A stretch of 63,741 bases of DNA, counting the filler, from Octopus bimaculoides (Eukaryota), in NCBI RefSeq assembly GCF_001194135.2. It is 4 parts of 3 records of this genome, joined end to end, with 100 filler letters (N's around TTAATTAATTAA, not from the genome) between each part and the next. Parts side by side here need not be neighbours in the genome. Positions count along the whole stretch, not along the records: positions 28,219 to 60,000 come from NC_068987.1; positions 60,101 to 62,551 come from NC_068982.1; positions 62,652 to 63,741 come from NW_026393693.1; 1 more part is not named here. The stretch is one strand, 5' to 3'. Under the pieces are notes generated by a model, which did no database searches, was not told where the DNA came from, and worked only from the letters and a program-made list of their open reading frames with translations. Below are positions 52,501 through 63,741 of the stretch, one piece after another. The position numbers were made by a program, and so were the translations under genes. The number at the start of each line of letters is the position of its first letter. The stretch's first letter is position 1.

Positions 52501-53371
52501 ACTCCATGCAATGTATTGATGTCGTATCGAATCGTTCGGCCAGATTATTGGAAATCAATTGATCAGGACGATTATATGAAATTTGTCCACTTCTTCAATT
52601 GTTCAAAGAAATGCGACACATACAGACACTGTATGCATGTATGTATGTATATACGTGTATATGTATGTGTGTACGTGTGTGTGTGTATGTATGTATATAC
52701 GTGTATATGTATGTATGTATGTACGTGTGTGTGTGTATGTATGTGTGTATGTATGTATGTATGTATGTATGTATGTATCAGTTTNNNNNNNNNNNNNNNN
52801 NNNNNNNNNNNNNNNNNNNNNNNNNNNNNNNNNNNNNNNNNNNNNNNNNNNNNNNNNNNNNNNNNNNNNNNNNNNNNNNNNNNNNNNNNNNNNNNNNNNN
52901 NNNNNNNNNNNNNNNNNNNNNNNNNNNNNNNNNNNNNNNNNNNNNNNNNNNNNNNNNNNNNNNNNNNNNNNNNNNNNNNNNNNNNNNNNNNNNNNNNNNN
53001 NNNNNNNNNNNNNNNNNNNNNNNNNNNNNNNNNNNNNNNNNNNNNNNNNNNNNNNNNNNNNNNNNNNNNNNNNNNNNNNNNNNNNNNNNNNNNNNNNNNN
53101 NNNNNNNNNNNNNNNNNNNNNNNNNNNNNNNNNNNNNNNNNNNNNNNNNNNNNNNNNNNNNNNNNNNNNNNNNNNNNNNNNNNNNNNNNNNNNNNNNNNN
53201 NNNNNNNNNNNNNNNNNNNNNNNNNNNNNNNNNNNNNNNNNNNNNNNNNNNNNNNNNNNNNNNNNNNNNNNNNNNNNNNNNNNNNNNNNNNNNNNNNNNN
53301 NNNNNNNNNNNNNNNNNNNNNNNNNNNNNNNNNNNNNNNNNNNNNNNNNNNNNNNNNNNNNNNNNNNNNNN

Positions 53372-53424
<53 letters not shown>

Positions 53425-53989
53425 GCATATATATATATATACACACACATGTATGTGTGTGTGTGTGTGTGTATGTGTACGTATGCGTGTATGTATGTTA
53501 GTGTATGTTCTATGTATGTATAATCGTATATATTAATGTAAGTTTGTAAGCATGTATGTCTCTATGCATGTGCCTATATAAGTATATATGTGTTCGTATA
53601 TGTCTGCATATTTGTAAAGATGCAAGTGTATGTGTGTGTACGTATGTATGGATGTGTACGCGTATATCTCCGTTTTTGTCTCATTTCTCCAATTTCTCAT
53701 CAGTGGAAAAAGCGCCATGTTTCTAGCCTAGAAACATTGATCTACCGCTGAAATTTAGGCAATAGGAACAGGATATTCTTGGATTTAATTGCGTATATAT
53801 GCGCGTATGTGAATGCGTATGTATACATCCAAGTATGCGTGCATATAGTCTTGTGTATATACGTTATGTATATATGCAAAAGTGTATGATTGTATGCAAG
53901 CGTGCATGTCATTGCCTGTGTAGATCAACATGTTTTGATTTACGTATTTATACACACATGTTTGCATACGTACACATGTGTAAATGCAT

Positions 53990-55010
53990 GCATTACATGA
54001 AAAAATTCTCGAATGTTCTTCGTCTTTTCACGGTGCTGTTAATGGCTTGCAGCTGTGATTTCCTAATTAGCAATATCCTTTCTGGTTTTGTGAATAGCAA
54101 CTTCTCAAAATTGGTGCTGAGTTAGTTTGTTATGCATCTAAGTACCCCAATAATTATGGGTATAAACCTAAAGTGTGGTTGGAGTAACTGCCAATTATGC
54201 ATTAGTTCTGCATAAATGTTTTCTTTCTCACTGATCACAAACATTGTATTAACAGATGTTATGCAAATGGTTTCTATTACTGTGTACAATTTATTTCCTC
54301 TGTCTCAGACCATTATATCTGGTATGTTATGCTTGTTTTTAGTGGTGTCTTCGCAGGAATATTCTACGAATATTTTTTTCAAAATATTTGCGCTTCCGCT
54401 CTCCACCCACATCATTATGACTTTATATACGAGGGTTGCTGAAAAGTTCTTGGTAAAAGAAAATAGGGGATAATCAGTTAATTATGATTTTATTCAACAG
54501 ATTTCCCTCTCAGATTCACACACTTACTGCAGCGGTCCTTTCACTTTTTCTAAGCCCTGTAAAAGAACCCGGAAGTTTGGGCCTCCAGCCAGGCCTTTCG
54601 CGATACCCTTATAGTCAGGAACTTTTCAGCGCCTCCCTCATAACAGCAGGATTATCTTTTCAATGGATTGCATTTTACAATAATTTGGTCACAATGTCTT
54701 TATTCATAGGCTACATTATGCTTGTTACAACTTCCAGCAATGTATAAATTGTCAACCTTCCCAAACGAGTAACGGAAATTATCCAGATATTGCTTTAATG
54801 GTTTGTAGGACTTCTTTGTTTAACAATTATGCAAGAACGTTTATCCTAGTCAACTTCCACCAATTATATCCCATGAGAATATTCTAACCAAGTCAAGACT
54901 TCTTTATATCATATACAATCTTGGCGTTTACACTTTCGGATCGTCCAAAAAGAATCATTGTGTTTGATTGTACCTTCTTATGAGTCGATCATATACTATC
55001 CATATTTCCT
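53990..55010 (-). mobile_element. Degenerate R4/Dong-like element 3' part, split by a MITE
   Basis: KNKHNIPDIMV*DRGNK...SEKENIYAELMHNWQLLQPHFRFIPIIIGVL parallels 58200-58540. Confidence 0.75.
54428..54642. mobile_element. Mariner-like MITE
   Basis: TA-CGAGGGTTGCTGAAAAGTTCT ... AGGAACTTTTCAGCGCCTCCCTCA-TA imperfect TIRs with TA TSD. Confidence 0.8.
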
Positions 55011-55417
55011 TAATATAAGCGCAGGTGTGTGTATCTTGTAAGAAGCTTGCTTCTCAACCACATGATTCCCCACGTAGTTGGGAAGCAAACTGCGTGGTAC
55101 CGAGAGCAAATGTCTTCTACTATAGCTTGGCACTAATGGCGTCGCAACTCATTTCTAAAGCTGAGTGAACTGAAGGAACGTGAAAATAAAGTGTTTTGCT
55201 CAAGAACACAACACGCAGTCCGGTCCGGGAGTCGAACTCACCACCTCCTGATTGTGAGCCCGACGCTTTAACCATGCAGCTTCACATGTTTCAGCTACCT
55301 GCTATATATTTTGTTTATCTTTCAGTGAGTTCTTCGATTAACTTATGTATCACTCCGCTAGTATTGAACAAAATCTCAATAGAGAAAGCTTTTTAGTAGA
55401 AAATCTACTAACATAGG

Positions 55418-55800
55418 TGCACGCGTAACTGTGTGGTTAAAAATCTCTTTTCAACCACATAGTTTCAGGTTTAGTCCCACTGCGTGGCACGTTGGGTTGG
55501 TGTCTTCTACTATATTATCGAGCCGATCAGTGCCTTAAGAGTGAATTTGGTAAACTGAAACAGTGCGGAAGCCTGTCGTATATCTTTGAGTGTGTTTGTG
55601 CATATGTGTGTATTTATGCTTGTCTTTGTCCCAACCACCGCTTAACGCCAGCTGTTGGTTTGTTTACATCCATGCAGCTTAGTGGTTTGGTAAAAGAGAA
55701 TGGTAGAATGTGTACCAGACTTGAAAAAGATATAAGGGCGATTCGTTCGACTAAACCTTTCATGGAAGTACTCTATTATGGCTACAATCCAACAGCTGAA
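55418..55800 (+). mobile_element. SINE family B (old, diverged)
   Basis: TTAGTCCCACTGCGTGGCAC head and degenerate tail. Confidence 0.6.
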
Positions 55801-57187
55801 ACACCTAGAATATAACTATCTCCCTGTGTTATTACCATAAATTAGAAAACATAGCTATTATGTTTATATACCCTCCAGCTTTTGTCTACTTACTTTTAAT
55901 TCGTGTAATTTATCTTCGTATCTATACATTTCTAGGCAGATATATCTACACTTGCTTGTATGTCTATCAAATTATCTCCTGCTTTTTTTTTTTTTGTACG
56001 TCGACCTTTACAAAACTACCCATCTATTTTTTTTATATATACTTGTATAAGTTTGTCTGCCTTTTTCTCACTTTATCCATTAGTGTCTGTTTATATTTGC
56101 AAATCAATCAATTAATCGATCAGTTCAATTATATTTTCTATACTTTTCACTAAAGTAAAAGTTTTACACATTTTTACAAAGCTAGCGTATAAAATCAAAC
56201 CGTGTTTATGAATCGTGTGCATGACAAAAAAGAAACTAAAAACAAATTGATGTTAGCTTTAGAATTCGGAATTTAAACTTAAAAATTATAAAAAAATATA
56301 TTTCTCTATATTCAGAAAACATAGCCACTATATATTTTTAAAACAAAATGTTTTCTTTTTTTTTTTCTTTTTTATAAACACATAATACACCTAAGCAATT
56401 GATTCTTCATATACGTACATAAATACATACAAACAGATGGATCCACACATATATGTGCGTGTAAGTATGGGTGTGTATGCAAATGTTTGAATATTACTGA
56501 ATAACGAGACATGTATAAATTAGGTTTCTTGTGAATTACTCTGAGATCGTTATTGATACTAGGATTAAGTTTAATGACTGTTCCATAAAAAGCGAGAAGA
56601 GTATCTAAGTGAATGTTTTATCATTTTTCACTGCTTGAAATGAGGAAATATATAACCTTTTATTTGCGTGCTGCCTTCGTTGTATGGGGATAAATTTTGA
56701 AAGAACTCATCAATAAAATATTTTATTGATTTAATTTTTTTATTATTCAAATGTGAATCTTTAAGTTTATCTTAAGTCGATAATAATATCTATTCCTACG
56801 CAGTTATTTTTTCGAGGAAAACTCATTAATTTGGAATTCAAACTCAAGGCAAGTTATCGTTCTTAAAAATTTTGTGTTNNNNNNNNNNNNNNNNNNNNNN
56901 NNNNNNNNNNNNNNNNNNNNNNNNNNNNNNNNNNNNNNNNNNNNNNNNNNNNNNNNNNNNNNNNNNNNNNNNNNNNNNNNNNNNNNNNNNNNNNNNNNNN
57001 NNNNNNNNNNNNNNNNNNNNNNNNNNNNNNNNNNNNNNNNNNNNNNNNNNNNNNNNNNNNNNNNNNNNNNNNNNNNNNNNNNNNNNNNNNNNNNNNNNNN
57101 NNNNNNNNNNNNNNNNNNNNNNNNNNNNNNNNNNNNNNNNNNNNNNNNNNNNNNNNATAGTATTCACGAGTGTTTCTTTATTAATGA

Positions 57188-57228
57188 CTACGATCGTTTC
57201 GACCAATCATGCATCGGTTCTTCGTGAG
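57188..57228 (-). ncRNA. Degenerate hammerhead-like motif
   Basis: Reverse complement CTCACGA-AGA-ACCGAT[GCATG]ATTGGT-C-GAAA-CGATCG-T-A; G5 mutated and stem I not formed. Confidence 0.3.
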
Positions 57229-57729
57229 TGAGATGCTGTACAAACAGCTGTGATGCATCATTGGTGCATTTGTGTCTCGTCAGGTGACTTGCCAAAAGGT
57301 ACCTCATTTTTCAATCTCCGTTTCGCTTATTTCGGTTAGAATACATCTGTTAATACATGCATAGACGAGAAAGTTGAGTTAAAAATAGCCTGGTACTTGT
57401 TTAAGCCTGGTGCTTTCACCGAAACGCTGTTTCGTGAAGACGTAAACACACCAACACCGTTTGTCGAGTGATGGGTGGACAAATACAGAGACAAAGACAT
57501 GCGCGCGGAAACAAGGGGGAAGAAACTTAACATCAATCCAGACTGACTTTGAATGTTGTATCATATCCCTTAGGCAACATTTTTTAACCACTAAGTGTCG
57601 AAGTGCATGCATCCCTTGGCCAAGTTTGCATACATGAGGTTGATAACATCATGAAACTTGGAAATCAGCTCCTTGTGCAGCATTCCTTGTCCGATAACCT
57701 TAAATACATGCCCAAAGAAGTTGTATGAC

Positions 57730-58843
57730 ACTACCGCAACGTATCATCAGACGAAAGAATGAAAGTATATCAGCAGAAGACCATACATGGATATGTTACT
57801 AGAAAGATTATAATAACATTGATCATCAAAGCAGTCTATCATGGACTGGATTACAACTGGATTACTAAGTCTCACTTTGAAGTGTATGCGTTTGCAATCC
57901 AGAAACAGGAAATATCAACGAAATACCTGATGCACAAAAGGGACAGAAATGCAGGAAAAGCAGCAAAATGCGACAACCGATGCAGACTTTCTGGAGTTAA
58001 CAAGGAAGATGTCACTAACATCATAGGCAGTTGTTCGAAAATGTCATCACGGTATTATCTACCGGTGAGGCATGATCTTGCGGCTAAGACACTGTATAAT
58101 GAGATCCGTCGGAAGACTAACACGGAATCCAGAGAAATAAGAACCCTCAGTATGGTGGAAGCCATAGCCACCCATAGTGAGGAGTACTGGTGGAATATCC
58201 CAGTGAATATCTCAATAAAATGTAAACATAATAGACCTGGCATAATGATTTGGGATAAGAGAAGAGAAACTGAGTACAGTTGTGGAAATCAGCTGCCCAG
58301 TGATAAAGATCAATATCAGCGAAAAAGAAAATACCTACGCCGAACTGGTGAGAAATCTACAGTTACTCTACCCAGATAAAAAATTTAGGTTTATACCTAT
58401 AATTATTGGGGCACTGGGATATGTAACACACTGCATAAGTACCAATCTTGAGAAATTAGGTTTCTCCAAACCAGAAAGGAGAAAGCTGATTCGAAGACTA
58501 CAGATTCAAACTATCACTGGAACTATAAAAATCTGTTAAACTTTCCAGAAGTTGAGCATGTCTACACATGCAGTTATATGCATGGGAATACATACATAAA
58601 ACAAAATATACAAATCTACATACATCGCTGACCACTACACACATTTTTCTCTCTCCTTGTTTCTCTCCCTTTTTCTTTCTGTGTTCCTTTCTGTTGAAGA
58701 GCGTAGGCTCGAAACGTTAAAGACTTTCTCTATTCCCGAGCGTTATAGCAATACATCCATTTGTTGTCTACATCACCTGTCTTCGTCTGTTGTTTTTTCG
58801 TAAATTCTCCCTATACATACATACATACATACATACATACATA
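57730..58843 (+). mobile_element. R4/Dong-clade non-LTR retrotransposon, 3' part (CCHC-type finger, REL endonuclease, 3' UTR, (ATAC)n tail)
   Basis: CRLSGVNKEDVTNIIGSC...RHDLAAKTLY...KHNRPGIMIWD...VEISCP...EKENTYAEL...FIPIIIGALGYV with frameshifts; (ATAC)n at about 58813-58843. Confidence 0.88.
58687..58722 (+). ncRNA. Minimal type-I hammerhead-like motif (non-canonical core)
   Basis: CTTT-CTGTTGA-A-GAGC[GTAG]GCTC-GAAA-CG-T-T-AAAG: stems I and II fully paired, ACGT palindromic stem III; A6U and U17 deviations. Confidence 0.55.
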
Positions 58844-59878
58844 CCCTGTTGGTGTTGTTGAAATTCCAATGAAGTTGCCTTGGATCTAGATTAGAAACCA
58901 ACTCTTTCTGTATTGGCATGAAATCTTAAAATAAAACTGAATAACGACATACATACATACATACATACATACATACTTCATATTTATTATTACCGCTATT
59001 ATCACATAGAAGACTCTCGCGCCATACCTCTGATCAACAATGCGGAGTTGTTGCTTGTTTCCAAACCTCCCTTTCAACTGCGCAGTTAGGGAAGTATGGA
59101 AGGTAATAACTGACATGTATTATTATTTTTGTCTCTTGTCTATCTGCCAGTCTGAGGTTTCTACAGTCTCCTTCAAACTGCATATACTGATATAAAGTTA
59201 AATATATAACCATTACAATGATGCCTATTTGCTCTCTATCTCCTTCTACTCTCTCTATAAATATCTAGTCTTCTCTCTCAGGCTTTCTGTCTTTCTATCT
59301 CTCTATTTGTTTATATGTCTGTCTCTGTCCGTCTGTGTATCTGTTGCGCCTTTACCTTGCGTAATATCATTTCTCCTTATCTCTGTATTAATCTATCGCG
59401 TTCCTTTCTGTCTCTCCTGCATATCGATCTGTCCCTGTCTGCCTGTCTCCCTTTCCACCTGTCTCTTTTTCCCTCTCTTTCCAGTGGTCTCTTTTTCCAT
59501 ATCATTATCATTATTCATCTCACTCGCGCGCGTTCCATACGTACATGCATATATGTATGTCTGTATATATATATACATATATGCATAGACACAAACACAC
59601 ACACACCCGTGTATATGACGTACGTTATAAGTGTGAGAACAGCGTGACATAATAGATGCAATACTCGCTGCATGAGAACGATTACAATAGAAACATATCA
59701 CATCAACATACTTCAAAGCAATATTTCATTCTAAACATTCAGCTCTGTGTAACACATGACTCACACACACACACAGACACACACACACACACACGACTAT
59801 TTACGAGCGTATACATACAGACACATTTACACACATGCCTGCAATCACATGTACATTTATGCTTACACTCATACACAA

Positions 59879-59924
<46 letters not shown>

Positions 59925-59969
59925 TGCAAATGAAATGAAAGACGGAAGATGGAATATACAAGAATTTAT

Positions 59970-60000
<31 letters not shown>

Positions 60001-60044
60001 NNNNNNNNNNNNNNNNNNNNNNNNNNNNNNNNNNNNNNNNNNNN

Positions 60045-60056
60045 TTAATTAATTAA
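60045..60056. other. Assembly linker TTAATTAATTAA
   Basis: 44 N + 12-mer + 44 N. Confidence 0.95.
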
Positions 60057-60100
60057 NNNNNNNNNNNNNNNNNNNNNNNNNNNNNNNNNNNNNNNNNNNN

Positions 60101-60133
<33 letters not shown>

Positions 60134-60164
60134 ACACACACACACACATGTATATACATATATA

Positions 60165-60330
60165 CAACGGGCTTCTTTCAGTTTCCGTCTACCAAATCAA
60201 CTCATAAGGCTTTGGTCGGCCCGAGGCTATAGTAGAAGATACTTGCCCAAGGTATCATGCAGTGAGACGGAACCCGGAAACATGTAGTTGGGAAGCAAGC
60301 TTCTAACCACACAATCACGCCTGCACCTAT
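60165..60330 (-). mobile_element. SINE family B, 5' half
   Basis: CGGGCTTCTTTCAGTTTCCGTCTACCAAATC...CACCTAT. Confidence 0.8.
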
Positions 60331-60879
60331 ATATATATTGTTTTTCGATGGCCAGATAACTGAAGAGATGATGGCGTGTGTTTTCCCCTACCCCAACATC
60401 CGAAATTCGGAGTTTTATCATGGCTACCGAATAATTGTCACATATTATTTACAGATAAATTCCTCTATATACATAATATCGAGGTCTCTTTCTTTCTTTT
60501 GTTGTCTTACCTTTTCTATCAATATATATATATATATATTTATATCGAGGTAGGGGGCTCCGAAAGGGGTCTCACGGAGTAGCGTCCCTTCCTTCATGAA
60601 CTAGGTTTTCAACACTTTTCTTAAAAATCGTGGTGGAAGCCTTGGTCTCTGGACCACTTATGTCTACAAACTGAGGGTGGGGATAAGCCAGGGTATGCTC
60701 CCCGTAGAAAATCGAGCTCCCAAAAGCCTCATGATAGCAAAGACGAATGGGCACCAGTCAGCCCAAATGTTGGGGTGGGCTGCACCTACCTACTTTGGTT
60801 GCTATGGCATTGAGGTAGATCCAGTCATCCCCGTCTGATGATGATGATGATGATATATATATATAAAGAGAGAATTACG

Positions 60880-61050
60880 CCAATGAACTCCCACATCGCA
60901 TCAAAAAAGAATTCGTAATAGAAGGGCTAAAATTCATCTTAGAGAGTAACTACTTTGTCCTCAAAGACAACTTCTAACCGACAAAATCGGGGACTGCGAT
61001 GGGTACGAGAATGGCCCCCTCCTTTGCTAACCTAGTCTTATATTAGTCTA
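60880..61050 (+). mobile_element. Penelope-like RT fragment
   Basis: EFVIEGLKFILESNYFVLKDNF*PTKSGTAMGTRMAPSFANLVL. Confidence 0.75.
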
Positions 61051-61129
61051 GAAATCAGTCTTATCTGAAATCTCAGGTAGGGAATAAATGAATATACAAA
61101 ACTCAAAAGCTAAAGCAGTTAGATGAAAT

Positions 61130-62060
61130 ATGTACAGTTATGTGTATGTGATCATGAATTTCTTTATTTAAACGTTCTTGTACAGAAACTGAATATTACC
61201 AGCACATCTTACTATGTGTTCACTCAAAGAAATCTGTCTGTACTGCGGGAAACGGATTTGTTCCTTATGCGGTGTAGCTCTCCATCAAAATAGTATACTT
61301 GTCTGTCCTATATAGTCATGTCCACAACCTGTGCAAGTTATAACATAAATCAGATTCTCGGAAGAACATAAGTGAAGTTGGTTTTAATTGTGAATCTCTC
61401 TCCTTGCTTAAATAGGAATTCCGAGCCTTCCAGTAGGTTGGGGTATGTTCCACGGTTTGGGGTCCACATTTTTTAACCGCTGGTTGTTGTATAAAACTTC
61501 GCATTTGTCAGAAGTCTTTTCAGCGATTTGTGTTACTTTTAGCATCTGATGAATTTATGTGTTTTCAGAATGTTGTTCATTTTTTAATCCCCAGTGAGCA
61601 TAGGTAGATTTTGTACAATAGTGTTGTATGCCTCAGTGTTGTGAGTTGATATATACAGTAGTGTTTTGAGATGAGATGTGGTGTTACGATTAGTTTCCCT
61701 TAGTGTTTTAATGCCTAATTTCTTGGCACGCTTAATTCTATCGTCTATAAGTGAGAGTGGATATGGTTTTTCATTGAGTGTTGTTCTGAGGTCTTGAAGA
61801 CGGAGGTCCCGAATATTTTCACCAGACACTATAGTGCAAATCCTTTTTGCTGAATTAAAGGGGATATTTCTTTTGATGCGTTTCGAGTGGCATGAGCTAA
61901 ACAGACGATATTGCTTCGAGTCCGTTGGTTTATGATAAATTTCAGTTACAATTTGGTTGTTGAATTTTTTTATCATAATATCTATAAGAAAGAGAGCTGT
62001 TCCTTCTTTTATGTTATGTATACTTTTTGCATTACAACTCAACACGTGGGGTAATTGAAA
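61130..62060 (-). mobile_element. Penelope-like element, RT thumb to GIY-YIG remnant
   Basis: FLIDIMIKK...TEIYHKPTDSKQYRLFSSCHSKRIKRNIPFNSAKRICTIVS...YPLSLIDDRIKRAK...YISTHN. Confidence 0.85.
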
Positions 62061-62196
62061 GTCTCTTCATCCCGTTTTCTTACTACATATGTATATCTTT
62101 ACACATATAGATATGTAGATTGACAGATTGACAGAAAGACAGACAGACAGACAGATAGACAGACGAACAGCTAGCTAGCTAGTTAGATAGATAGAT

Positions 62197-62260
<64 letters not shown>

Positions 62261-62275
62261 TGATTGATAGATACA

Positions 62276-62551
62276 TTTCTTTTATTAGCCACACAGGGCT
62301 CAACAAAGATGGGACAAATACAATGTAGAGCTTTTCTTTTTAGGAGGGGAAGGAAAAGAAAAAAAAACAATAGGGGTGAGTCGATCAAAAGGGATCATAG
62401 GAAGGGAAAAAGTGGGAAGTTCGATCAAAAGGGATCGAGGAAAAAAAAAAGCGATCAATAGGGATCGTGTATCACACAGTAATGTTCTCGTGTAAAAAGA
62501 GGGGAGGACAGTTTAGGTTTAGCCGTGGAAAGAAAAGCCAACGGAAAAGAC
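62276..62551 (-). mobile_element. Tx1-like LINE 3' UTR (same family as 5971-6200)
   Basis: TTTATTAGCCACACAGGGCTCAAC...GGGATCGTGTATCAC...CCGTGGAAAGAAAAGCC matches 5977-6205; abuts (GATA)n. Confidence 0.85.
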
Positions 62552-62595
62552 NNNNNNNNNNNNNNNNNNNNNNNNNNNNNNNNNNNNNNNNNNNN

Positions 62596-62607
62596 TTAAT
62601 TAATTAA
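62596..62607. other. Assembly linker TTAATTAATTAA
   Basis: 44 N + 12-mer + 44 N. Confidence 0.95.
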
Positions 62608-63025
62608 NNNNNNNNNNNNNNNNNNNNNNNNNNNNNNNNNNNNNNNNNNNNGGGGGGGGGGAGACTGACGTCTAGAGAAAGGCCTAACGTTGGTACAGAA
62701 ATGTCTAGTGAGACGACAAAATTTGTTGTTGTCTGGCGAGGAGCCAATTACAAGTGAAAAACAAGTGGATTCCCCCGAAAAAAGAATTTGTAATTCCCGC
62801 GTTACCAAAGTGCACAGCAGGATGTATGAAATATTTGGAGACGTATCGGAAAGCTTGTCAGAGCTTTCACAAGAAGATTTCCCAACTTTGTCAGAAAGTA
62901 TTGGGACCAAAAAGAGTATCGATGCGCCTAGCATCCAGACCGAGCAGGCGAGAAAGGAAAAAAAAAGTTTTGCGTTGGCAGCAGGGGGTCGAACCCGGCA
63001 GTCGGACTACATAAAATATTAAAAA

Positions 63026-63741
63026 ATGATGGAAGTGAAAGATAGCGTGGTTCAAATACAACCACCGGAGCAATTTTTGCTCGATATAAAGCAGAAAACA
63101 ATAATTTTAAAAACTTATTGTGTACAAAAAAGAAAAATCGAAAGATTTACAGAAGAGAAGATTGAACGGTGTTTGAAAGAAATATGGAGCGGCATTGTGT
63201 ATGTGACAAGAGGAAAGAAGTTTGGTACAGTGCAAGTAATGTTTGCCAACAAGGAAATGGCACAAACGCATTCCGTAGAGACTCTAAAAACGGAAGACGT
63301 GGCGCTCATCCCCACCTATATGGGGATGAGAACGTCCAGAATTAATATAACAAGGGTCCCACCTGACGTAGATCCTATGTGGGTGGTGGAGGCAGTCCTA
63401 GTCAAAGAGGAAGAGAAAATTACCCTCCTCCAGGCTACCGTTATCGAAAACGCTCACTAGACTGGTCAATCAGTTAGTCTCATTATCCAAGCTGACCCAA
63501 AAATAATCGAAGCAATTCCCGAGACGGTTCAGATAGGGGGAGGAGAACCTGGCGGTGTTTGTTGAGGGTCGAAAACCCCGGTGTTTTTTGTGCGGCCAAT
63601 TAGGCCACATTCGAAGGAACTGCAAGGAAAGTGAGGAAGACGAGGAAGAAGAGAAAGAAGAGGAAGAAAAAGAAGAAAACGACGAGAAGAAAACAAACAA
63701 AAGAAAAATACAATCAGCAGCTCAACCGAGAGTGGCGACTA
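63026..63741 (+). pseudogene. Gag-like ORF1 of a Tx1/L1-type LINE with a CCHC zinc knuckle (disrupted; runs off window)
   Basis: 144-aa ORF, a TAG at 63458, then a frameshift into VFVEGRKPR-CFLCGQLGHIRRNC (CX2CX4HX4C at 63582-63623) followed by an acidic/basic tail. Confidence 0.8.

Noticed and set aside
39414-53536. Many long ORFs (poly-I/Y, H/T, C/V, D/E, S, X)
   Set aside because: Translations of microsatellites and N-gaps.
53717-53737. 10-bp perfect inverted repeat ATGTTTCTAG-C-CTAGAAACAT
   Set aside because: Isolated short palindrome with no associated element or function.

Overview
AT-rich, microsatellite-dense, gap-riddled animal genomic DNA; the repeat content suggests a coleoid cephalopod such as Octopus (inference). 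It is almost entirely transposable-element debris: at least four tRNA-derived SINE families, Tx1/L1-like, R4/Dong-like, CR1-group and Penelope-like retroelement remnants, mariner-derived MITEs and foldbacks, and a Helentron-type non-autonomous element. No complete host gene is visible; one well-bounded orphan exon (13481-13648, minus) is the best candidate. Most notable: (i) five minimal hammerhead-ribozyme-like motifs, four with a palindromic stem III, including one in a tRNA-headed 255-bp insertion with a 9-bp TSD and one just downstream of an R4/Dong ORF; (ii) repeated insertion of Tx1-like and R4-like LINEs into specific microsatellites. Almost all long ORFs in the supplied track are microsatellite or N-gap artefacts. 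All alignments were done by eye and most repeat boundaries are approximate.
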